Below, piece after piece: positions 49,473 to 58,104 of a DNA stretch of 64,000 nt. The notes under the pieces were generated by a model, which saw only the letters and a program-made list of their open reading frames with translations, was not told the origin of the DNA and did not search any database. The DNA lies in IMG/VR virus record IMGVR_UViG_3300002056_000074; one strand, 5' to 3'. The translations under genes were made by a program, and so were the position numbers. The stretch comes from a virus. The stretch's first letter is position 1; every line of letters begins with the position of its first letter.

Positions 49473-49768
49473 GTTTTAATTTTTTGCATTCTTTCTAGTT
49501 TGAGAAATTTTTTCATCTTTTCAATGGTTATAGCTTCTATGTTTATTATATCAGATAGGGTGTTGGAGATCAATATACTACCTGATGTTAGCATCAATAA
49601 TGATTTATGTTTATCTGCTGAGTGATATGTATCAAATAGTGCAACCCTAGTCATATTAGACGAAAATATATTGGTTAACAAATCAACAGATTCGGACGCG
49701 AATGCAGCATCGGTGGTTACATAAGAATTATTAGCAACGTTCCTCAATACAAAATATTTAACAGTCAT
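49469..49768 (-). CDS. Array paralog
   Basis: VALFDTYHSA; C-term LKLERMQKIK. Confidence 0.78.
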   Translation of the reverse strand: MTVKYFVLRNVANNSYVTTDAAFASESVDLLTNIFSSNMTRVALFDTYHSADKHKSLLMLTSGSILISNTLSDIINIEAITIEKMKKFLKLERMQKIKT

Positions 49769-50105
49769 ATCGAATATTCTTTAAACGTTCAAGATTGAGA
49801 TATCTTTTAAACTTCGTCGTATAGTCATTGTCGGTAACAATAACGAAATCATTCATTATAATACAGTTGTCCATGTTTTTACTAATATCTCCATTCCAAT
49901 ATTTTATTTTATTCAATGCATCTTCTGCAGATTCTTCTGATGTATAAGGACGTGCTTTACTTGGATCACCTGAAAGAATCATTTCATCAAAAATAAAACT
50001 AGCTGATACTGGTGGAGAATTTGATTTATCGATATAAAATCCCATTTTTGTTTCGGTTATTCCGGTGAAGTAACTCATGGTTTGTGGGCGAATAATATAA
50101 AACAT
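49758..50105 (-). CDS. Array paralog
   Basis: ARPYTSEESA; C-term LNLERLKNIR. Confidence 0.78.
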   Translation of the reverse strand: MFYIIRPQTMSYFTGITETKMGFYIDKSNSPPVSASFIFDEMILSGDPSKARPYTSEESAEDALNKIKYWNGDISKNMDNCIIMNDFVIVTDNDYTTKFKRYLNLERLKNIRYDC

Positions 50106-50149
50106 AGTGAAGATTCCTTAAAACAACATTTTTATATTTTTATAATATA

Positions 50150-50462
50150 TCATATACCTGTAAATGCCAATAACTTCATTCGGTTGATCCCCACCATATC
50201 CTTGAAATAGGGCTTAGAGAATGATACCACTCGCATTCTACCAATTAGAAATGTCATTAATAATGAAGTATTTTTCATATTCTGGAACCGTTTAACGTGT
50301 GCATCGGCGTCACTATATTCAGGAAAAAAAATAAGCCCCACATAGAGTTTGGGTTAATATAGATTTAGTGGTATCGTCTGAGCCATCTGTTGAGACAGCA
50401 ATATCAACAGTCGTTAGGTATGCCCCAACTGTATCTATCTGTATTACATAAACATTATCCAT
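50150..50462 (-). pseudogene. Array paralog frameshifted in a T8 run
   Basis: MDNVYVIQI... frame stops just after T8 (50324-50331); T7 would give GAYFFPEYSDA...VGINRMKLL. Confidence 0.7.
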
Positions 50463-50464
50463 AA

Positions 50465-50731
50465 TTAAACTTTCTGTAATCGTCTAATAGCATCATATAT
50501 TGGATCTTTTACAACCTTCTGATTAAATCGTTTGGTACTAATAAAATTCTCAATTATATATTCTTCTGCTGCCTCGCGACTTTTAAACTGCATACACCCA
50601 TTAAACCATATGCGAAATTTGCAACCTATTATATCATGATGAAGATAATAAATTGTGCCCTCTGGGTCGTCATCACGTATTCTATCACAAGTTATTATAA
50701 ATTTATCGTCCACGTTAACTATAACCACCAA
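50465..50731 (-). CDS. Array paralog
   Basis: CMQFKSREAA; C-term AIRRLQKV. Confidence 0.7.
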   Translation of the reverse strand: MVVIVNVDDKFIITCDRIRDDDPEGTIYYLHHDIIGCKFRIWFNGCMQFKSREAAEEYIIENFISTKRFNQKVVKDPIYDAIRRLQKV

Positions 50732-50774
50732 GAAATGGCACGAAAATAGTATATTTTAAATTTTCTTCTTTTTG

Positions 50775-51110
50775 TTATACGATACTCTTGAGTCTTTCTA
50801 GACCAATAACTTTTGACATATATTCTCTATTGACTTGGCGAACAACTATACCATCCTCATACAAAGATAACACATTTTCTGGATCATGAGATACTTTATA
50901 CCTGATCATTCCCCGAGCATCTGCCGACCTCCTCACATATTCCATTGCATGTAAAGCATCTGCTATATTGAAATACAATATAGCACTAAAGACATCATAG
51001 GTAAAATAATCATAATCAACAAACCTGTTTTGAAAATGCATATCACTATAGGCTATTTTTACCGTATATATTTTTTCAATATTGCCGAATGGTATATTAC
51101 GTTTCAACAC
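50775..51110 (-). CDS. Array paralog
   Basis: AILYFNIADA; C-term IGLERLKSIV. Confidence 0.78.
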   Translation of the reverse strand: MLKRNIPFGNIEKIYTVKIAYSDMHFQNRFVDYDYFTYDVFSAILYFNIADALHAMEYVRRSADARGMIRYKVSHDPENVLSLYEDGIVVRQVNREYMSKVIGLERLKSIV

Positions 51111-51484
51111 CGACTAATATCCTGCATTCGGAAAATAGTTTCCGGTAATGATATTTGATTTACATAGAAACCATCTCGAATACATAAACAATTTACATCA
51201 ATTACTTTTGGTTTTTCAAGATTGAAACTACATAACATTTTACCTTTATGATATTTGATGGCAGTATTTACAATTGTTTCGAGAAATTCATATGCAGTTG
51301 ACCAACCCATAAAACTGTAAGTAATCTCGTCTGAAAGATTTAATATTCTTATTCTATTATTACTAGAATAAACAGCACTACTAATCGAAAAATCAGTATA
51401 TTTCACACTAATGGCGTAGGCACTATCCAACTTTTTATAAAATAGTCTATCATAATTCTGTAAAATTACATTATTATAATCCAT
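51104..51484 (-). CDS. Array paralog (diverged)
   Basis: YSFMGWSTA; C-term IFRMQDI. Confidence 0.6.
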   Translation of the reverse strand: MDYNNVILQNYDRLFYKKLDSAYAISVKYTDFSISSAVYSSNNRIRILNLSDEITYSFMGWSTAYEFLETIVNTAIKYHKGKMLCSFNLEKPKVIDVNCLCIRDGFYVNQISLPETIFRMQDISRC

Positions 51485-51502
51485 TTCTTGATAACTCTCT
51501 CT

Positions 51503-51816
51503 TTGACATCCACCCCACGTCTAAAAGACGGGGGATTCCTCCAGCGAGACGGCCATGCCCGACCGCGAAATATATTTGTTCGTCCGCATCACTGGCAAAT
51601 ACATTCTTATTCAAGTTATGCCAAATGGCACGAACATAACTCGGTTATATTGCTTTATTGCTTTATTGCTTTATTGCTTTATTGTTACAACCCGATGGCC
51701 TAATAACCGGATACGTCGAGTTGATGGAAAGATGTTACTTGATTTGATTGAATATGTCAAGCACTTTCGTGCCTTATATCCCCATATCTGAAGAAAGGGG
51801 ATTTACAGCACATTTG
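51503..51816 (-). mobile_element. Non-autonomous IS200/IS605-family miniature element (314 bp)
   Basis: Minus strand: TTAA target, LE CAAATGTGCTGT-AAAT-CCCC..GGGG-ATATAAGGC, RE GAAT-CCCCC..GGGG-TGGATG-TCAA; internal TTGCTTTA x4. Confidence 0.85.
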
Positions 51817-51910
51817 TTAATCTATCAATTTTTATATCCGCCCTCAAATAAGCTTCGAAAATATTCGAAGCTATTAAAATATCTACAGATTCTTCAGTTT
51901 TGGTTGTCAC
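51817..51910 (-). pseudogene. Mini array paralog duplicating the 3' end of 52182..52523, interrupted by the MITE
   Basis: TEESVDILIASNIFEAYLRADIKIDRL vs TEESADILIASNIFEDYLKADIKLDRLKR; removing the MITE restores DRLKRELSRNGL*. Confidence 0.7.
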
Positions 51911-52185
51911 GAGATTTCTTCTCCGCTTCTTCGAATTTCCTTAGTTCTCCGAAGTTCTATTAAATTCATAAAATCACATTTAATAATTTCACAATCACGA
52001 AACATCATCATATATAAATATGAAGCACTACTCAGCAGTTCCAAGTGATCTTCGGCCTTCTTTACTGATGTAAAAAACAAAGCTTTCTTGATATCCACTA
52101 CAAACATATTTTGAATGTCAGTCGATGAATCAAAGGCAATGTAAGAATTAATTGAACTGTCATATATTGCATATACATTTTTCAT
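51907..52185 (-). CDS. Array paralog
   Basis: ALFFTSVKKA; C-term IELRRTKEI. Confidence 0.72.
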   Translation of the reverse strand: MKNVYAIYDSSINSYIAFDSSTDIQNMFVVDIKKALFFTSVKKAEDHLELLSSASYLYMMMFRDCEIIKCDFMNLIELRRTKEIRRSGEEIS

Positions 52186-52523
52186 CGAATAACTCTTTTT
52201 AATCTATCGAGTTTTATATCTGCCTTCAAATAATCTTCAAAAATATTCGAAGCTATTAAAATATCTGCAGATTCTTCAGTAATACATTCAGGATATCCAT
52301 CAAAAAAATATTTAAATTTCTTTCTTTTTGGCATCCTAGCTTCTAATATATAATCAATAGACCAAATAGCATTTTGTTTAGAAGAAAATGTGTAACAATC
52401 AAGAATGTCATCAGTAAACATTATTAATTCTTTACCCTCATCGAAATTTTTATAATATGCTGGTCTATTGGTAAGTATGAGCGTATACAATTCGGTCGAA
52501 GATTTTGACATTCTAGTTTTCAC
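52182..52523 (-). CDS. Array paralog
   Basis: CYTFSSKQNA; C-term IKLDRLKRVI. Confidence 0.78.
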   Translation of the reverse strand: MKTRMSKSSTELYTLILTNRPAYYKNFDEGKELIMFTDDILDCYTFSSKQNAIWSIDYILEARMPKRKKFKYFFDGYPECITEESADILIASNIFEDYLKADIKLDRLKRVIR

Positions 52524-52590
52524 TTAATTTTTCATAGCCATATCTTACCATGATTGGAATACTATTAATATGAAATAGGTCAGTTAATAT

Positions 52591-52881
52591 CTAATCTAAA
52601 TCATCCATACCGAAGAGCGGTAGCCGCTTAATTTGTTGCAGCCTATCGAGAATACTTTTAAAGGGTGATTTTTCAATTTTATAAGAATATACACCATGTT
52701 CAAATACTATATCACAGAAAGTATTCGCTTCTTCAAGTGTATTAAATGTAATACAACCAAGTTCTACTGATTTGAAATCATAAAGGCTGTTAATGATATT
52801 ATTTTCTTCATGAAGAAATATTGTTTTCATGTTTGGATTAGAAGAGGGTTTATTGAGTATGATTACATATTCTATTTTCAT
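52591..52881 (-). CDS. Array paralog
   Basis: CITFNTLEEA; C-term ILDRLQQI. Confidence 0.75.
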   Translation of the reverse strand: MKIEYVIILNKPSSNPNMKTIFLHEENNIINSLYDFKSVELGCITFNTLEEANTFCDIVFEHGVYSYKIEKSPFKSILDRLQQIKRLPLFGMDDLD

Positions 52882-52917
52882 TGTGGTGTTTTTCTAATTT
52901 TCTGCAATCTGGGTACA

Positions 52918-53193
52918 TTAATTAATGTTTTTTCGTAATACTTCACACATCCTATCAACATTAATAATTTTAGACAAGTGAATTATTTCGAACATCCCAT
53001 CAGCAAAACCATACATTTTACTTGCTCTGTGAACTGCCTGATTAGCATTATCCATAGTTTTCCAAGCAGTTGCATTGTTTATAATTCCAGTGAGATTCAT
53101 ACTGGAATCATCACCACCACATAGATAGACGTTTGGTAATATAATTCCATCCTTACCATCGGGGTAAACTGTTAATTTAACAATATACATCAA
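52918..53193 (-). CDS. Array paralog
   Basis: ATAWKTMDNA; C-term INVDRMCEV. Confidence 0.75.
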   Translation of the reverse strand: MMYIVKLTVYPDGKDGIILPNVYLCGGDDSSMNLTGIINNATAWKTMDNANQAVHRASKMYGFADGMFEIIHLSKIINVDRMCEVLRKNIN

Positions 53194-53456
53194 TATTGCC
53201 TAGTGACAGTCTTCATCCTTAAAATTTCAAGACTACCAAACAAATCATATTCAACAATTCGTAAGTCCTTAACAATTCTTACGTGATGGAGACTGTTTAT
53301 GGCATTTTCAGCACTTTCCATACTAGTAAAAAGTTGCGCATGATGTATATGTCTGGTGAACAAACTATTAGGATTGTTGGGGCTAGCAAAATATGTCCGA
53401 AAGTCCGTATTTAAAACATACATATCCCGCACAAACTCACGAATAATATAATTCAT
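53190..53456 (-). CDS. Array paralog (true start MNYII at 53456)
   Basis: AQLFTSMESA; C-term LEILRMKTV; the upstream in-frame extension is IS-derived. Confidence 0.75.
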   Translation of the reverse strand: MNYIIREFVRDMYVLNTDFRTYFASPNNPNSLFTRHIHHAQLFTSMESAENAINSLHHVRIVKDLRIVEYDLFGSLEILRMKTVTRQY

Positions 53457-53739
53457 AATCTTTGACATCCACCCCACGTCTAAAAGACGGGGGATTTGCG
53501 ACACATTCACTAATTAATTCAGAAGCATGGATTATTAGTATATTACTATTATCCATATTATGATATTCAACCATTAAATCATCTACAACTTTACTGACTT
53601 CGTAGTATGTATACCAGAGTTTCGCAAGGTTACAATTATCAAATAATTTCATTTCGCCTGAAATTTCCCCAACATACTTGGTTGAGTTTGGTACAGACCA
53701 AATGGATGGTTGCCAATCTTTTATTTCAATAATATACAC
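53437..53739 (-). CDS. Array paralog with C-terminus overwritten by an IS605 mini-element
   Basis: MYIIEIK, AKLWYTYYEV; last residues SECVANPPSFRRGVDV are read from the element. Confidence 0.7.
   Translation of the reverse strand: MYIIEIKDWQPSIWSVPNSTKYVGEISGEMKLFDNCNLAKLWYTYYEVSKVVDDLMVEYHNMDNSNILIIHASELISECVANPPSFRRGVDVKDYELYYS
53462..53509 (-). mobile_element. About 48-bp IS200/IS605 left-end/right-end hybrid (single hairpin)
   Basis: LE-like lead TGAATGTGTCGC-AAAT joined to a hairpin and TCAA end identical to the 51503 RE (36-bp exact match). Confidence 0.75.
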
Positions 53740-53740
53740 A

Positions 53741-54022
53741 TTAACACCGCTTAATTTCTAACAATCTATCAAGTTTGCACAAACCCCAAATATCAATTCT
53801 AATCACCTCAGCTGCTACAATATCAAGTCGAATATGACACAGCTTCTCTAGTTCATCATTAGCCTCTTCTTTACGTTTCCATACCATCGCATCTTCTAGG
53901 CCATTACAAAACCTATTGTGGCCGATTGTGGTGATATTATTATAGTCAAGTATATAGGTATTCTCCAAAGATGAAACAGCAAATCCCGGTGGCCTACACT
54001 TAGTAATTTTAATAGTGTACAT
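53741..54022 (-). CDS. Array paralog
   Basis: AMVWKRKEEA; C-term CKLDRLLEI. Confidence 0.78.
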   Translation of the reverse strand: MYTIKITKCRPPGFAVSSLENTYILDYNNITTIGHNRFCNGLEDAMVWKRKEEANDELEKLCHIRLDIVAAEVIRIDIWGLCKLDRLLEIKRC

Positions 54023-54141
54023 AATTAATCAGTATAGCATTTTTAGTCGTGATAAGTTTATACCATACCTCATTACATCCATTATAGAAATTAATAATAG
54101 ATAACTAGTTCACATTTTATTCGGAAAAAATTTTCTCTGGA

Positions 54142-54411
54142 TCAAATTTCGGATTTACAATTACTCAATATTGATTTCATTTGTTTCAACCCAATTAAAT
54201 CTTTAAGAATATCTTCCATATCGATTATTTCAGAAGAGCTGGCAGCGCCATTCCAATCATTTACGGTCCCGATTGCAGATTCAACTTCATCTCTAGTATT
54301 CCACACTCTAGCATCTGATGCATCTACTGTAGTGTCAATCCGCACAAGAGAAACCCACTTGATGAAATAAGTTTTATCATCAAAAACAACAGTAATTCCA
54401 TAAAATTTCAT
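54142..54411 (-). CDS. Array paralog
   Basis: ARVWNTRDEV; C-term IGLKQMKSI. Confidence 0.78.
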   Translation of the reverse strand: MKFYGITVVFDDKTYFIKWVSLVRIDTTVDASDARVWNTRDEVESAIGTVNDWNGAASSSEIIDMEDILKDLIGLKQMKSILSNCKSEI

Positions 54412-54418
54412 AGTTTTA

Positions 54419-54700
54419 TTATATCCTAATAATATTTTTCAATCGAGTTAAACCTAAATCATATTTGCCAATTTCATCTAGATTAACAATCTCAACTTTC
54501 CTTAATCCTTTAATTCCAAGCAACCACTCTGTTAATAATTTCATATCCTCATTAGCATCATCCTCTGTTATCCATATCCGAGCTGCCCATGCATATGAAG
54601 TCATATCACAATATGTCTGATTAATTATAGGCAATACATTGATGTTACTTGCATAATAACAACTATCATTAATGATTATTCGAATTCCATAATATATCAT
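54419..54700 (-). CDS. Array paralog
   Basis: ARIWITEDDA; C-term LGLTRLKNI. Confidence 0.78.
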   Translation of the reverse strand: MIYYGIRIIINDSCYYASNINVLPIINQTYCDMTSYAWAARIWITEDDANEDMKLLTEWLLGIKGLRKVEIVNLDEIGKYDLGLTRLKNIIRI

Positions 54701-54972
54701 TTTATACTCACAGATTTCATTCTATCTATACCCAATTCTCCTCGAATTTTAGTACATTCAACAATAGAAGAATTTACCAACTCTTGAGTAAATGCAGTCA
54801 TATGAATAAACTCTACTTTTATTTGAGTAAGCACTGCAGTTGCAGCTTCTCTGCTTGTGAATATAAATGCTTTGTGTGGATTGGGAGATGCAAATATATA
54901 ATCTTTGTCATATGGATTATTACTCGCAATAAAAATATTATATTGCTCGTTAAAAATAATATATACCTTCAT
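54697..54972 (-). CDS. Array paralog
   Basis: AFIFTSREAA; C-term LGIDRMKSV. Confidence 0.78.
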   Translation of the reverse strand: MKVYIIFNEQYNIFIASNNPYDKDYIFASPNPHKAFIFTSREAATAVLTQIKVEFIHMTAFTQELVNSSIVECTKIRGELGIDRMKSVSIK

Positions 54973-55259
54973 GTCAAATTCTTCATTCGATTGATGTTAA
55001 TTTGATCTCTAATTATTTCTTCTGCATCAATGACATGTATTGATAATCGCATACTCTGTATTTTATTACAAAGCGCCAATATTTTTTTTACTAATTCTTC
55101 GTCATAAAATATCACTGCGTTTGCGATATTTTGGCCAAATGTTGGCCAATCATCAACATCAACATTAACAACGTAATCAAAATTTTCGATAGTTCGTGTG
55201 TTGAGATCCACAGTACGCATTTCAATAGCCATATATTTAAGATTATATAATTTTCCCAT
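54969..55259 (-). CDS. Array paralog
   Basis: AVIFYDEELV; C-term ININRMKNL. Confidence 0.78.
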   Translation of the reverse strand: MGKLYNLKYMAIEMRTVDLNTRTIENFDYVVNVDVDDWPTFGQNIANAVIFYDEELVKKILALCNKIQSMRLSIHVIDAEEIIRDQININRMKNLT

Positions 55260-55293
55260 GAGATGCCATCTTATTTTAATTCATCTGGATTAT

Positions 55294-55512
55294 TTAATCA
55301 CCACCTTCTATCGCTGCCATCATATCTTCATGTTCCAAAATAGTAACATCAAGCATTTTGGCCATTCGCCTATACATTCGTAACACGCTGGGCGTCTGGT
55401 CAGAGTCATTACAACTCGAATCAAATATATCTCGCAAATCTGCGATTTCTTGTATAGAAGCATTGGCAATAGTTTCGATGATTATTAATGTTTCATCCGG
55501 ATCAATTTTCAT
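55294..55512 (-). CDS. Hypothetical protein (not array family)
   Basis: 72-aa helical ORF. Confidence 0.6.
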   Translation of the reverse strand: MKIDPDETLIIIETIANASIQEIADLRDIFDSSCNDSDQTPSVLRMYRRMAKMLDVTILEHEDMMAAIEGGD

Positions 55513-55517
55513 TATAT

Positions 55518-55733
55518 TTACCTACGTGGATTTCCTGTTAGTGCATCTAATAGTTGAATCATATGTTGGAGTTCGGATCTTTCCACTTCCAATAAACGAC
55601 ACGTCGAAATAATGTCACCAAGCTCTACTCTAACATTATGTATACGACCAGTGGTTTGATCTGATTCACATTTATCATCAAATGCGTTTTCTTTGTCTAG
55701 TTGTTCTGCTGCCCACTTTCGACCATCACCCAT
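55518..55733 (-). CDS. Hypothetical coiled-coil protein (not array family)
   Basis: 71-aa ORF with AGGAGAG RBS. Confidence 0.65.
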   Translation of the reverse strand: MGDGRKWAAEQLDKENAFDDKCESDQTTGRIHNVRVELGDIISTCRLLEVERSELQHMIQLLDALTGNPRR

Positions 55734-55811
55734 TTCATCTCTCCTAATTGTTTTTAGAACATGGATTATACCTATATCCTATCACATCCTAATATCATTT
55801 AGCCAACATAA

Positions 55812-56081
55812 TCAAATTCTCTGTATTGCCAACATTTGGTCAATTTTACATTCATCACGTAAGAAATCACTTAGATTTGTGGTAGTATATTGCATAACAT
55901 GCTGTGATTTATTTAACTCATCTACGAATTCATCAATATCATCCTTATTATTCCAAATTTCTGCGGCTGTTATATTAGCAGAATGTCCACATACTATATT
56001 CGTGTTATTTTTGTGTGATGTTATATAACTTACACGGCATAGAAATATGTCAGTACACTTAACCACATACATATTAACCAT
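55812..56081 (-). CDS. Array paralog
   Basis: AEIWNNKDDI; C-term CKIDQMLAI. Confidence 0.75.
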   Translation of the reverse strand: MVNMYVVKCTDIFLCRVSYITSHKNNTNIVCGHSANITAAEIWNNKDDIDEFVDELNKSQHVMQYTTTNLSDFLRDECKIDQMLAIQRI

Positions 56082-56260
56082 CTTCGTATTTCCTTTTTAA
56101 TTTTTCCAAGAGAGCCAATTCAATTTCCCGTTTATCTCTTGATTGGCGGCACTTCGAAAAGATCAACGCTTATAATCTCCCCCTCTGAATTACACACTTC
56201 ATCATTTCATGTCCTCATCAATATTTTAATATAACACAAACTAAAATATGTATTTGTGAA

Positions 56261-56449
56261 CTAATACTGCTTCAATCGCAATATAATAAGATAAAGTTCA
56301 TCCAACTCATCATTCATCTCTGCCAATATTGTCTTGGCTTCCAAAAACTTTTTTATATGGCGTCTAGAAAGCTTTCCTGTGTTTTGTCTGGCATTGTAGT
56401 ACGCAACAACACCCTTCATTCTATCCATATTAGCGGGTGTGTATTTCAT
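56261..56449 (-). CDS. Hypothetical protein
   Basis: 62-aa coupled ORF. Confidence 0.55.
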   Translation of the reverse strand: MKYTPANMDRMKGVVAYYNARQNTGKLSRRHIKKFLEAKTILAEMNDELDELYLIILRLKQY

Positions 56450-56715
56450 AAAAGTCTATTTACTAACTTCATTCTATTCAATTTAATACATTCAGTTCGT
56501 ATAATATGAGTGGCGTCAATAATTTCTAATGCTTCTTTTACTGCTGTAGATCGAATACGTGAAATAATTTTATAAACATCTACCATACTAAAAAATAGAG
56601 ATGCCTCATTTATACGGTCAGTTGCTAATAATGCACCTCCAGGATTTTCATACATGTAAAGTGGGATATTGCTGCCGCGCAAAAATTTATCTACTCTAAT
56701 AACATACATAATCAA
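56446..56715 (-). CDS. Array paralog
   Basis: ASLFFSMVDV; C-term IKLNRMKLV. Confidence 0.78.
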   Translation of the reverse strand: MIMYVIRVDKFLRGSNIPLYMYENPGGALLATDRINEASLFFSMVDVYKIISRIRSTAVKEALEIIDATHIIRTECIKLNRMKLVNRLL

Positions 56716-56957
56716 GATTTATCTATTGCCCTTAGTCTGTCAATATTAACAAATTCTCGAAGATGATTTTTAATATTAGTTACAACACCATAACAGTTCC
56801 ATTCGTATTTGAATGTGTTGAGTGTATCGTATGCTTCGTCAAATGTCTCCCACAATCTGGCTTCACGAAGTCTGGGTGTCATGAATATTTCCTCTTCATT
56901 CCAATGAGTAACATAACGTATATTATTGATGCCGATTTCTATTATATACATAATCAA
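56712..56957 (-). CDS. Array paralog
   Basis: ARLWETFDEA; C-term VNIDRLRAI. Confidence 0.78.
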   Translation of the reverse strand: MIMYIIEIGINNIRYVTHWNEEEIFMTPRLREARLWETFDEAYDTLNTFKYEWNCYGVVTNIKNHLREFVNIDRLRAIDKS

Positions 56958-57211
56958 ATCCTTTTTACAGATGCCATTCGTTTAAGCCCCAATTGATCCC
57001 TAACATATGAATCCTCAACCAAATCCACCCTATATTTCTTGGGGGATTTATCATAGATTAGTGTAAATTTTGAAAGCCATAACTGTGCATCCTCTTTCTT
57101 ATACCACATATACGCATTACGCAAAAGGTAGGTGGCCTCAATAGGCTCCAGCTCTCTAATATAATGCCCATGATTTTTATCTTCCTTAACGATATACATA
57201 ATTTTTATCAA
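56954..57211 (-). CDS. Array paralog
   Basis: AYMWYKKEDA; C-term LGLKRMASV. Confidence 0.78.
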   Translation of the reverse strand: MIKIMYIVKEDKNHGHYIRELEPIEATYLLRNAYMWYKKEDAQLWLSKFTLIYDKSPKKYRVDLVEDSYVRDQLGLKRMASVKRI

Positions 57212-57319
57212 TCACTTGTTTAGGATACAGGATAGTTTATCATATTAATGTATAGTCGTTCACTAATAATGATTTTCAAACTATGATATAGTCCCTATCC
57301 CAAAGAGGACAAAATCTCC

Positions 57320-57616
57320 ATGCCAGAAATATCAATCAAGACCGGCTACTTTTTTGCTATCATCTTCACTCTATTCGGATGGATCACGGCCATCAACCTC
57401 AGTCTCGTTCCACAATTCATTATATACGCCTCCCTTGCTTGGTTCATCACCACCTCATGGAAAGTCCAACAACTTGAATTAGGAGCAATTCCTTATTTTA
57501 TCATCTTTATTGGATATAGTCTTGGAGTATTAGCGGGCAATGCTGCCTACTTTCTCAAGTATGGATATACATCATCAAACACGTTATCTTTTCTATGGGA
57601 TCTAATCACACCTTAA
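57320..57616 (+). CDS. Multi-TM membrane protein
   Basis: Three hydrophobic segments; AGAGGA RBS. Confidence 0.7.
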   Translation: MPEISIKTGYFFAIIFTLFGWITAINLSLVPQFIIYASLAWFITTSWKVQQLELGAIPYFIIFIGYSLGVLAGNAAYFLKYGYTSSNTLSFLWDLITP

Positions 57617-57662
57617 CTCGTTATTTTGTGTTATAGTCTATTCAAACAAAGGAAAATTAATT

Positions 57663-57962
57663 ATGAAATCATTTATTAAGTTTGCATCAGCCACCCTTTT
57701 AGGTAGTGTCCTGACAGTAGGATTCATCTTCTCCAGTGCTCATGCATTTAGTCTCTGGAATATCGTCACGACAGGTGATTGGGAAACTATCATTCCACTT
57801 AAACAAAAGATTGATGTTAAGGGAGAGGACTTGCGAATCTATACATGGCCTGCACCATTAAACTCTAGTTATGCGTGTTCCGCAGTCTTTTCAAATGCAG
57901 GCACTAGTACAGTATGTTTCCCCGTTGATCCAAATCATGAATTAGTGAATGTTGAAGATTAA
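57663..57962 (+). CDS. Exported small protein
   Basis: Signal peptide ending AHA; AAGGA RBS. Confidence 0.7.
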   Translation: MKSFIKFASATLLGSVLTVGFIFSSAHAFSLWNIVTTGDWETIIPLKQKIDVKGEDLRIYTWPAPLNSSYACSAVFSNAGTSTVCFPVDPNHELVNVED

Positions 57963-58054
57963 AAAGGTCTGAGAGAATCCAAAATTTTTTTAGAAATTTT
58001 TAGAGATGTCGGGAATAATGGTGGGGTATTGTTTTTAGAGAGTTAGAAGAGTCG

Positions 58055-58104
58055 TTTTAGAAAGAATGATTTTAGAAAGAATGATTTTAGAAAGAATGAT
58101 TTTA
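58055..58104. repeat. 15-bp tandem repeat TTTTAGAAAGAATGA x3
   Basis: Direct reading. Confidence 0.9.

Larger units (their letters stand above)
48559..57211 (-). repeat. Tandem array of about 24-25 small paralogous genes (shared A-x-x-F/W-x3-E-A core and C-terminal (L/I)(E/D/N)R(M/L)KxI helix)
   Basis: Motif comparison of translated ORFs; co-orientation and frequent ATGA overlaps. Confidence 0.85.

Noticed and set aside
51488-51963. Three short plus-strand ORFs
   Set aside because: They lie within the IS605 MITE and antisense to array genes, and include the TTGCTTTA repeat.
56083-56215. Fragment ending ELALLEKLKRKYEDG*
   Set aside because: The upstream frame is broken by stops and has no clear start; it is probably a decayed gene and was not called.
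48559-57211. Diversity-generating retroelement as the source of paralog diversity
   Set aside because: There is no reverse transcriptase and no TR/VR pair with adenine-specific mismatches; divergence spans whole genes.
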